Of a stretch of DNA of 64,000 bases, positions 50,217-58,950 are shown piece after piece; position 1 is the stretch's first letter, and every line of letters begins with the position of its first letter. This DNA is from Vescimonas sp. (GTDB lineage Bacteria > Bacillota > Clostridia > Oscillospirales > Oscillospiraceae), in contig JAZLJB010000010.1 in assembly GCA_045617685.1 (NCBI GenBank), positions 172-64,171 on the forward strand. The letters run 5' to 3'. A program made the translations under genes and the position numbers. Below the pieces are notes generated by a model, which saw only the letters and a list, made by a program, of their open reading frames with translations, was not told the origin of the DNA and ran no database searches.

Positions 50217-51458
50217 TCACTTAATTCCAAAAACTCTCTGCACCAAACGCTCAGCCGCATCGCCATCGTTCAAGGTATTGTAAACCTGATTAAATGCCTC
50301 AACTTTTTCTGCATCAAATTGCAACTCTTTAATGGCATCCACCAATTCTTGTTCCGTCTTAACAATCGGGCCGGGTAACTCACTGCAATCCAAATAGAAA
50401 CCACGCATCTCGTCACGGTATGCCTCCATATCATACATATAAAACAGCATAGGACGCTTCAAAATGGCGTAATCAAAGAACACACTGGAATAATCTGTAA
50501 TCAGCAGATCCGACACCGTATAGAGTTCGTTGATATCGTCATACTCGGAAACATTGTAAATAAACCCTTTGTAGGAATCAAAGTTGAAATTATCTGCTAC
50601 CAAATAGTGGGCACGAAACAGAATTATGTATTCCTCACCCAGTTCCTTCTGCAATAGGTCAAAATCTACCGGATTATCATACACATAGCCATTTGCGGCA
50701 TCGTGCTGATTATCACGCCAGGTAGGAGCATATAAGATAATCTTCTTATAACACCCATCCAGACCTAATGCCTTCCTGACTCGCAAAACATCATCCTGTG
50801 TGTACTTGCTGAGAAAATCATTTCTCGGATAGCCGATTTCCAAGATGGCATCGGGTTTTCCAAAGCCTTTCAAATTCCAAGCAGAGGAAAATTTCTCCGT
50901 CACAAACGGGCAGGAAGAAATTAAATAGTCAAAACGTTTTGTATCGATTCTGTACTTATCCCGAATCTCTGCTACAGAATTCATAGCATTGTCGGAATTG
51001 GTAATGTCATAACCTAAGCGTTTCAGCGGTGTACCGTGCCAACATTGCACATAAATCTGATCGGAACGGGGTACCCAATGATCCAATGCACGGAAGTTGA
51101 AAATCCAATATTTTGCCTGCTGCAAATACTTTTCACAATCCGCACTCTGGTTCTTAATTACTTTTGTATTGGCATTTCTTTCCAAAAAGCGATACTCTTC
51201 CGGTTGCTCAAATAGCCAAACAAATCGGTACTGTGCAAATCGCTCATCGCAAAGCATGTACTCATAGACAGCTTTGGGGCTACACGCATAATTCTTCCCG
51301 TTATATGCGCCGAAAATCACCAGTTTGTCATCACGCTTGACGCCAATTCCCCTGACAATATAGCGCACACGGCGTAAGGCATACCGGGTATTGCGCATTA
51401 AAATACGCAATGCGGTAGATTTTTCTGCCGCCTTTTTTAATAAAGGTACAATTCCCAA
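50217..51458 (-). CDS. tagF: CDP-glycerol glycerophosphotransferase, TagF-like polymerase
   Basis: [25 protein letters not shown] and [10 protein letters not shown] motifs. Confidence 0.85.
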   Translation of the reverse strand: MGIVPLLKKAAEKSTALRILMRNTRYALRRVRYIVRGIGVKRDDKLVIFGAYNGKNYACSPKAVYEYMLCDERFAQYRFVWLFEQPEEYRFLERNANTKVIKNQSADCEKYLQQAKYWIFNFRALDHWVPRSDQIYVQCWHGTPLKRLGYDITNSDNAMNSVAEIRDKYRIDTKRFDYLISSCPFVTEKFSSAWNLKGFGKPDAILEIGYPRNDFLSKYTQDDVLRVRKALGLDGCYKKIILYAPTWRDNQHDAANGYVYDNPVDFDLLQKELGEEYIILFRAHYLVADNFNFDSYKGFIYNVSEYDDINELYTVSDLLITDYSSVFFDYAILKRPMLFYMYDMEAYRDEMRGFYLDCSELPGPIVKTEQELVDAIKELQFDAEKVEAFNQVYNTLNDGDAAERLVQRVFGIK

Positions 51459-51467
51459 AACAGCCTC

Positions 51468-52583
51468 CTATTCAGCCAACAATCCTACAACAAAGCTGCT
51501 CAACTTTTTCGTACAATCATTCAAATCAATTTCAAGATATTTCTCACGAAATGCCACAATCGCATCCCGATCATAAGGTCGGCTCAGTTTTTCAAACAGT
51601 TGCTCTTCTGCCCTGCATACATATTCGCCAATAGCCTCGCGGCTTAAATCCACATTTAAGCCTACATTTTCAGCATAGGTGGACACATCCGGCTGATAGA
51701 TATACAGCTCTCGATCCAGCACCGCCGCCTCAAAAGCCATGGCAGAATAGTCTGTCACTATCTTCGGGCAAATACGCAGCCACTCCAAAGAGGTATACTG
51801 TGTGTCAAATATAGCGCCTACCTTTTCAGCCCAGGAATAATCTCCCCGATCCAGAAAATGCTTTTTGATAATCAAATTGAAGCGATCGAAGTCAAACCCT
51901 GCAATCAATTTCTCCAGACTCAGTTCAGCATTCTTGCGGAAAGTGGGGACATACAAAACATTCGTCTTTTCCGCTACTTTCGGATAGTGACGCTCAATGG
52001 CATGCCTTGTTTCTTCATCATTTTTCCGAATAAAATCAATTCTGGGCAAGCCATAGTAAACCAGCTTATCTTGGGATACGCGAAATGCCTCGGCAAAGAA
52101 TTGACCCGTAATGCGACTGGGCGTCAATATATAGTCATAGTTTCGGTGCATCTTCATGGCCTCGGAGAAAGCACGACCGTGTCCATCGGGATTGTCCGTA
52201 TTCTGCCAGCCAAATTTTTTGATAGCGCCCAATGCGTGCCACATCTGCACCACTTTTTGACCCTTTTTCTTCGGCAAAACGGATACCAAAATGCAATATC
52301 CGTCCAGCACCACAACTTTCGATGTCGCAATATGGTACATCTGCACCAGCATCTGTACGCTGTAGGATACCACACCCTTCAAGCTCTTTTTCAGGGTCTT
52401 GGCTAGTACCACTGTCTGCACGCCCTGTTCTTGCAGACACTGGTCAAGCATTTGAATATCCAGTGTAGGCGTGTCGGACTGGCGGCTGATAATCGCCACC
52501 TTTTCCCGCAGAGCAAGCGGTTTGAACAGGAGATTGACCAACCGGAGCAATCCTACAGCTATGTCCACAAAAATTCTAAGCAT
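51468..52583 (-). CDS. tagB: CDP-glycerol glycerophosphotransferase, TagB-like primase
   Basis: QMWHALGAIKKFG, GLPRID, YVPTFR and TDYS motifs. Confidence 0.8.
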   Translation of the reverse strand: MLRIFVDIAVGLLRLVNLLFKPLALREKVAIISRQSDTPTLDIQMLDQCLQEQGVQTVVLAKTLKKSLKGVVSYSVQMLVQMYHIATSKVVVLDGYCILVSVLPKKKGQKVVQMWHALGAIKKFGWQNTDNPDGHGRAFSEAMKMHRNYDYILTPSRITGQFFAEAFRVSQDKLVYYGLPRIDFIRKNDEETRHAIERHYPKVAEKTNVLYVPTFRKNAELSLEKLIAGFDFDRFNLIIKKHFLDRGDYSWAEKVGAIFDTQYTSLEWLRICPKIVTDYSAMAFEAAVLDRELYIYQPDVSTYAENVGLNVDLSREAIGEYVCRAEEQLFEKLSRPYDRDAIVAFREKYLEIDLNDCTKKLSSFVVGLLAE

Positions 52584-52604
52584 TGCATCTTCCCTTACTC
52601 TGTC

Positions 52605-55175
52605 TTATTCCGGCTTGTTCTTCAAGTGCATCAGGCGAGCCACCTTATAAAACTTCTTAAAGTGCTTATAGGGTTTGGGATCCTCGTCATCACGCACAAA
52701 GCTGATGTCCACCTCGTCTAAAATGCTCTGCATCTTATCCATGGTCATGCGATTCTTGGCGTACTCCTCAATCAGGACTTTCTCGCTGACAAATCGTTTG
52801 TCGGAATTTTCAATTTTGCAATCCATATCGATGGGTTTGTCCATCAACATATAATCGGCAAACATACCCGGCAAATTGACGCCGCACTTAGTCACAGCAT
52901 AACCGGATGCACCGTAGCGCATATTGACCTCGACAAAATACATCTTTCCGTCGGCTGTTTCAATCAAATCAATATCATACAAACCGTCATACTTCAAGGT
53001 TTCCATGAAATGGATCAGCTGGTCAATCACCTCCTGCCATTCGTCACAGGGCAGCATCTTACCAACCACCGCAACACCACGATGCTCGTTCTGCCCACCC
53101 TCTTCGGCGACGAAGAATCCGGGGCCTACCACGCCGTCCCTTGTGCTCAGACCCAACAGAGAATACTCTTTGCCAATCTCTACATAATCCTCGACCAGCA
53201 TTTCAATCCTCTTCTTTCTGGACAGTCTGCTCAGTGCCTCTTCCAGTTCCTCACGATTTTCGCATTTCCGCATTCTGCTCTTGGCACTATTCTTACTGAC
53301 ATTGGGTTTGATGAAGCAGGGATATGTAACACTGTCGGGGATCTCAAACTGGCGTCTTTCAGCCGTAATGACACAGCTGTTCAAAACAGACAATCCTGCT
53401 TTTCTCGCCAACTCCTTCTGTAAGCCCTTTTCCATCAAATGGCTGATTTCACCCTGCATATTATTGACATTAGGCATTACATAATATTCGCTGAGCTGAT
53501 CATAGTACTCATCAATGACGCAAGCAGCCAAGTCACAAGTAGGTATAATCAGCATTTTATGATTGGGATCTGCCAGCTTGATCAAACGCTTAACATAGCG
53601 TCTTGACTTTCTGTTTGATACGCAGACATAAAATGCCTTGACATACTTGCTGTAAGCATCCGGCTGCAGCTTCTTCATCAGATCTAAACGCTTCGGACGC
53701 TTTTGGAACAAACGCAGCACTTCTACATCATAGCCCGCTTCGCCCACAGATTTTGCCATACACAGGTTGGAACAGTAATTGCGTCCCATGACCAAAACAC
53801 GGGGTTTTGTTGCGTTGGGATCACGCTGATTTTCCTTTTTCAGCTGTGGATATCCCAAGAGATGATGCTTAATGGAGCGTAGAGGCGGATAGATGAACTT
53901 TCTCATAATTCTTCTGGCAACGCGCTTTACAGCCTTTTTACAGCGTTTGATCGTACGCTTGATGGCACGCTTCACAGCCTTACGCTTTCTATGCTTTGCC
54001 TCTTCCTGAATATTAGCGGTGAAGATTTCGCCGGGACGAGGATCGTCATCACTGCAAAGCAGGGTGATATCCGCTGCTGCAATGCATTCTTCCAGCTCCT
54101 TCTTGGTCATAAAGCCATGCAGATGATCTTCCCATGCGATCTTTTCATAGATGAAATGCTTTCCATAAGCCTCTACACGCTCCTCTTCCGGCGTATGTCG
54201 CTCGCCAAAGGCTTCCTTGACGAACAAGGCCGGCAGGTTCACACCGCTCTTGAAATAGGAATAGTTCGGGCCGCCGCTGCGCAGATTGACCTCATTGAAA
54301 TAGATCTTATCGCCGACAATATTCAGCTCCATGTCAAACATGCCCACATAGTGGAACTGCTTGAGCATATCAATAACGCCCTGCTGCACATCGCCCAGCT
54401 CCTCAAAAGGAACGATCTTGCCGGCAAGGGTAACACCCTTTTCATACTGCGCCACATTGGTCTTCTTGATGATTGCGGGAATAATGATCTCCTGGTCCAG
54501 ACAAACGCCGCCCAAGTCGATCTCATTATCGATCTCCAAAAATTCCTGCACCAAAATGCAGCGATTGGCAAATTTATCGCGCAGCTTGGTCAGATGCTTA
54601 CGCAGTTCCTCTTCACTTTCGCATTTTGCCATCTCACGCTTATAGCCTGTAATACTTTCGATGGGCTTGGCGAAGCACGGGTACACCATCTCCTCGGGGA
54701 TTTCCACACCATCAGTCAGGTCAATGATCCACTCCTGCGGAGTCAGAAGTCCCGCCTTGCGTGCCATCTCACCCTGCACGGTTTTGTCCATCAATCTGGT
54801 GATGGATCCGTCACCGCCGCCTACGATAGACGGCATAATAAACCGCTCGCTCAGCACGCTTCTGTTTTGATCCATGATGGAGGCGGTATAGTCGTCTGTG
54901 GGGAACAGCACCATCTTTTCATCACATTTGATCACATACTTCAAAAGCTCTTCTACCAGTGCTGTGTCGCCACCGTCTTTGACCTTTTTGGATACCACTT
55001 CTACAGAATTGCGAACATATTTGCTGGCTGCTGCAATTTCGGATGTGCCGACCTTATGCGCACTGGCTACAAGGTCTACAGTATAACCAGCAGAACCCAA
55101 TGAGCGAATCACGCTCAGGCCCGTTGAATAGTTTCTTGACAAGACAACTACTGTTTGCCCGTTCTTATTTTCCAT
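52605..55175 (-). CDS. Tandem double ATP-grasp carboxylate-amine ligase (A+B domains) with a very basic linker
   Basis: Two full units: RNYSTGLSVIRSLG...YPCFAKP...VQEF...FNEVNLR and RNYCSNL...YPCFIKP...VEDY...FVEVNMR. Confidence 0.85.
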   Translation of the reverse strand: MENKNGQTVVVLSRNYSTGLSVIRSLGSAGYTVDLVASAHKVGTSEIAAASKYVRNSVEVVSKKVKDGGDTALVEELLKYVIKCDEKMVLFPTDDYTASIMDQNRSVLSERFIMPSIVGGGDGSITRLMDKTVQGEMARKAGLLTPQEWIIDLTDGVEIPEEMVYPCFAKPIESITGYKREMAKCESEEELRKHLTKLRDKFANRCILVQEFLEIDNEIDLGGVCLDQEIIIPAIIKKTNVAQYEKGVTLAGKIVPFEELGDVQQGVIDMLKQFHYVGMFDMELNIVGDKIYFNEVNLRSGGPNYSYFKSGVNLPALFVKEAFGERHTPEEERVEAYGKHFIYEKIAWEDHLHGFMTKKELEECIAAADITLLCSDDDPRPGEIFTANIQEEAKHRKRKAVKRAIKRTIKRCKKAVKRVARRIMRKFIYPPLRSIKHHLLGYPQLKKENQRDPNATKPRVLVMGRNYCSNLCMAKSVGEAGYDVEVLRLFQKRPKRLDLMKKLQPDAYSKYVKAFYVCVSNRKSRRYVKRLIKLADPNHKMLIIPTCDLAACVIDEYYDQLSEYYVMPNVNNMQGEISHLMEKGLQKELARKAGLSVLNSCVITAERRQFEIPDSVTYPCFIKPNVSKNSAKSRMRKCENREELEEALSRLSRKKRIEMLVEDYVEIGKEYSLLGLSTRDGVVGPGFFVAEEGGQNEHRGVAVVGKMLPCDEWQEVIDQLIHFMETLKYDGLYDIDLIETADGKMYFVEVNMRYGASGYAVTKCGVNLPGMFADYMLMDKPIDMDCKIENSDKRFVSEKVLIEEYAKNRMTMDKMQSILDEVDISFVRDDEDPKPYKHFKKFYKVARLMHLKNKPE

Positions 55176-57009
55176 GATTTTCTCCACCCTTAATACTTAC
55201 TATTTTTTCATATGCGGCCTGTTGTTTCTCAATGGGTACAGACCAAAATTCGAATTTTTTATAGTCCTTATAGCTAATGCCCAACCGACTTCTTGCATCG
55301 TTGATAAAGTTTACGGCATCCTCTCTGTTGCACTTTGTCTGCTCCATCACAGCGGAGATGCATTCTTCCTTTTGCTTACGAAGCCGTTCCTTTTTTGCCC
55401 GGATCTTATCATAGGCTTCCGCTTGCTGCTCCATCGGTATGGCATAGAACTCATACTTTTGATAGTCTTTGTAGCTGATGCCCAGGCGTTTTCTGGCATC
55501 GCTGAGCTGTTCTTTTGCAAATTCCTCATCCCAACCGTTTTTCGCCATTGCAGACTCGATGCATTCTTTTCTCTGCTTCTTACGCTCACGGTCTTTCAGG
55601 ATTTTCTTATACGCCTCTTCCTGATTCTCGATTGGGATCAAACCAAACTCATGCTTTCTGTAATCCGAATAGCTAATACCCAACCGTTCTCTGGCATCTT
55701 TTATCTGTTCTTTTGCAAACGCCTCATCCCAACCGGTCAAACGCACCGTCTCCCCAATACATTCTTCTCTGGATTGTTGTAAGCGCCGCTTCTTCTCTTC
55801 CCGTTCCCAATCTTCCAGATTCTTTTTTGTGAACAGTTTTCCGGGAACCGGATCATCTTCATCGCACAAGATTTTGATATCCGCCGACTTAAGACATTCG
55901 TCCAATTCTTCCCTGCTTAAAAAGCCGTGGATGCAATCATCCCATGCAACCTTATCGTAGATCATCGTCTGGCCAAATGTACTCATCCTCTCCTCAGCAG
56001 GATCTATCTGCTCACCCAGCAAAGACTTGACGTACAGAAGCGGCAGGTTGATACCACTCTTAAAATAGGCATGGTTGTCACCGCTGCTTCGCAGGTTGAC
56101 CTCGCTGAAGTACACCTTATCACCCACGATGTTAAATTCCATGTCAAATGTGCCGTGGTAACCAAACGAACGCATCAGCGCAACTACTTTTTCAGTCATA
56201 TCTGCACCCAGTTCTTCGAAGGGAACCATCTGACCGGTCAGCGTTACACCGCGAGCATACTTTCCGATTCGTGTCTTGCAGATCATGGCGGGAATAATCA
56301 CACGGTCATACAAGCATGCGCCGTCGACCTCGGTCTCCCGATCGATATGCAGATACTCCTGCACCAACACATCACGGTGAGCAAAACGGCTGCGCATCAT
56401 TTGCAAATATGCCTTTAGGTCATTTGCATTCTCGCAAACTGCCATCTCCGTTTTATAACCTTCAATGCTGCGAATAGGCTTACAGTAGCACGGATACACC
56501 ATATCAGCAGGGATCGTGATATTCTCATCCCATAGGCTTATCTTCCATGTCTGCGGCACCGACATTCCTACCGCTTTGGCCATCTCCGTCTGTATGGATT
56601 TGTCCATCAATCGTGCAAGGTCGCCATCCCCACCGTTTTTTATCGTAGGCATGAGGAAATATGGCGCAAGCTCTGATCTGTGCGTGTCCATCACTGCCGT
56701 GGTATAGTCATCCGTGGGAAACAGAATCGGTGTCTGATCATATTGACCTGCATATTTCATGATTTCCCGGATCAGTTCTGGATCATCTGTTTCTTCCTTG
56801 ACTTTTTTGGAAACCACTTCAACATAACGGTTGACATACTTACTGGCGGCGGCAATTTCGCAAGCGCCCTCTTTGGGGACACTTGCTATTAAATCCACCG
56901 GAAAACCTGCCACACCCAGCGAGCGAATCACACTTAGGCCCGTGGAGTAGTTTCTTGTTAAAACGATGACTTGTCTGTCTTGAATTCTGCTCATATCATC
57001 ATCTCTCAT
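55165..57009 (-). CDS. ATP-grasp ligase (A-type) fused to three ~66-aa helical repeats
   Basis: RNYSTGLSVIRSLG, FPTDD, YPCYCKP and FSEVNLR motifs, then three C-terminal repeats. Start may be the Met at 56994. Confidence 0.85.
   Translation of the reverse strand: MRDDDMSRIQDRQVIVLTRNYSTGLSVIRSLGVAGFPVDLIASVPKEGACEIAAASKYVNRYVEVVSKKVKEETDDPELIREIMKYAGQYDQTPILFPTDDYTTAVMDTHRSELAPYFLMPTIKNGGDGDLARLMDKSIQTEMAKAVGMSVPQTWKISLWDENITIPADMVYPCYCKPIRSIEGYKTEMAVCENANDLKAYLQMMRSRFAHRDVLVQEYLHIDRETEVDGACLYDRVIIPAMICKTRIGKYARGVTLTGQMVPFEELGADMTEKVVALMRSFGYHGTFDMEFNIVGDKVYFSEVNLRSSGDNHAYFKSGINLPLLYVKSLLGEQIDPAEERMSTFGQTMIYDKVAWDDCIHGFLSREELDECLKSADIKILCDEDDPVPGKLFTKKNLEDWEREEKKRRLQQSREECIGETVRLTGWDEAFAKEQIKDARERLGISYSDYRKHEFGLIPIENQEEAYKKILKDRERKKQRKECIESAMAKNGWDEEFAKEQLSDARKRLGISYKDYQKYEFYAIPMEQQAEAYDKIRAKKERLRKQKEECISAVMEQTKCNREDAVNFINDARSRLGISYKDYKKFEFWSVPIEKQQAAYEKIVSIKGGENHGK
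55180..55770 (-). repeat. Three tandem 198-201-bp coding repeats
   Basis: Units start at 55770, 55572 and 55371; consensus ECI......gw..e.A.eqi.DAR.RLGISY.DY.K.EF..iP.E.Q..AY.KI. Confidence 0.9.
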
Positions 57010-57191
57010 TCACAGAAAATGCTGTTTCGATGAAAATTTACGATTTCACCGGACAGTCAATGTACCGCCCGTTCCCTCACAAATTTCCATATGTATATCA
57101 CTTCAAATCCATACTCCTTTGCTTAATTCAATCCATAGTGTCATTCTCTGCAATCATTCTCCCGATTATACATCATCTAATGCGATTGCGA

Positions 57192-58943
57192 TTAAGATTC
57201 CATTCCGCAAATATCCAATGCCATGTGCGGATATTCATACGGTTCAGCGCCGAGCTTTTTAGCCAATCGGTCAATGCAAGTCTTGTATATATACATTTTA
57301 CCTACCTTATCAGCAGCTTGTAAAATATCAAAACTGGGGTTGGAATTACCTTCGATAAACTCCGTCTCACCCGTTTCGGTAATGGCCACATCCCAACCGA
57401 CATGCCGGTTGATATGAGCACATTTTTCAGCCGCAGATATGGTAGCTTTCTTGATCTGCTGCCAGTTTGGCACCACAAAGCCTTTCAAAGGAACTCCCGT
57501 ATCGGGATGCACCGTGCAATGATTGCCGGCTCGATCTATGGCATGACCTGATACTTCTCCGGTATCAATATCCACCAAAGCGCAGATACCGCCGCAATGA
57601 AAATTGTCAGCGCAGTTTCCCATTCTGCCAAAGCGGCACACCACACCCTTGATCTCTGCTTTCCCGTCGGCATCTATCAAACTGTAAATACGCAGCGTGT
57701 TGACAGTATCCGCACAGAATTTTGACATTTCACTGTTCTGCCTAACAATCTCTTCCACAATGTAGCCATTGTCTTTACAATGGGCAAACAGTTTCTCCGG
57801 CTCCATCATATCTGAGGAAATGACACAGACTCCACCGCCATCGCCTCCGGTGATTGGTTTTGCAAAAAAGCGGTCATGCTTCTGGATAAATTTCAGAAAT
57901 TCATCGTAATTACACTTCGATACATCAAGCCAATCTCGATGCACTTCATCTGCAAAGAAAGCATTGAATCGTCCCTTATTCATAAATAGGCGTATATCGG
58001 TATTACACAGTTTCTTTATGTACTTTCCATAGCCATTACTTATATATTTCTGACGGACAGCCAGCTCTTTGTTGAAAAATTCATAATCAAAATAGTCATC
58101 AAAGTCATATCCCTGATCTTTGCAATGCATCAGCCAGTCCGTATAATAGACGGCCAGATCCGTATCATTATGCTGCAGTTGATTGCAATTCTGGTATTTT
58201 TCCTTGAATTTGCTGTACTCTTCTCTGGAGCGCTCCGTATCCGGTAACACTTCCCTGCCCAACACTTCCCTGATGCTATTCATATCACCCTTGCCAAAAT
58301 TGACAAAAGCCGACGGTTGGCAGGCGCAGGTTGCAGCGGCAGGCATAGGGATGCCCAAATAGTAGCAGGTGGCAATAATCGGCTCAGGCTGCTTATCTGT
58401 CGGGGAATTCTGTTCTGCTCCCTTTTCAAACCGATACATTAATGCTTTACATACACTTCCGGGCGTAGTTCCGGCAGTCTTGTTCTGCCCCGGTTTGGGA
58501 TGAGCGACAAATGCTCTGCGTGCCTCTACGGCCATCAGCTCAATGACATTTTCACGCTTCTTACACTCTTTCCTTGCCAGAATTTCTGCACACTTCTCTT
58601 CCCGCTTTTCTTCGGGGATTAAGTGCATATTGTTTATATCGTAATCTCTGAAAGTAATGCCGAAGCGTTTTTTGACATCTCTTAACTGTTCGAGCGTTTT
58701 CTCTCTCGTCCAGCCCGTCTTGCTCATCACATTTTGGATTCGTTTTTCTGTACTCTGTGTATTTCTCTTTTGTGCAGGTGTCTGTGCAGTGGGAGCGGTC
58801 TGCACCTCAGTCATGGCCGTTTCACATGACAAATCTGCCTTGTTCGTGACACTGCAAATCTGCTCTTCTCTCTTGACAACGGCCTGTTTTTCGGAATCAC
58901 GATTCCTTTTATCCATGAATACCGTTTTCAAAAAATTAAACAT
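57192..58943 (-). CDS. Sugar-transfer-associated ATP-grasp (ATPgrasp_ST-like) protein with a long N-terminal extension
   Basis: NKGRFN, FAKP, VNTLRI, DNFHCGG, HPDTG, VPNW and GWDVAI...IEGN motifs. Confidence 0.85.
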   Translation of the reverse strand: MFNFLKTVFMDKRNRDSEKQAVVKREEQICSVTNKADLSCETAMTEVQTAPTAQTPAQKRNTQSTEKRIQNVMSKTGWTREKTLEQLRDVKKRFGITFRDYDINNMHLIPEEKREEKCAEILARKECKKRENVIELMAVEARRAFVAHPKPGQNKTAGTTPGSVCKALMYRFEKGAEQNSPTDKQPEPIIATCYYLGIPMPAAATCACQPSAFVNFGKGDMNSIREVLGREVLPDTERSREEYSKFKEKYQNCNQLQHNDTDLAVYYTDWLMHCKDQGYDFDDYFDYEFFNKELAVRQKYISNGYGKYIKKLCNTDIRLFMNKGRFNAFFADEVHRDWLDVSKCNYDEFLKFIQKHDRFFAKPITGGDGGGVCVISSDMMEPEKLFAHCKDNGYIVEEIVRQNSEMSKFCADTVNTLRIYSLIDADGKAEIKGVVCRFGRMGNCADNFHCGGICALVDIDTGEVSGHAIDRAGNHCTVHPDTGVPLKGFVVPNWQQIKKATISAAEKCAHINRHVGWDVAITETGETEFIEGNSNPSFDILQAADKVGKMYIYKTCIDRLAKKLGAEPYEYPHMALDICGMES

Positions 58944-58950
58944 AGCACCT

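Noticed and set aside
53991-55103. 370-aa plus-strand ORF, and similar long antisense ORFs at 47197-48141, 36851-37633 and 31241-31945
   Set aside because: Each lies opposite a well-supported gene and is explained by codon bias.
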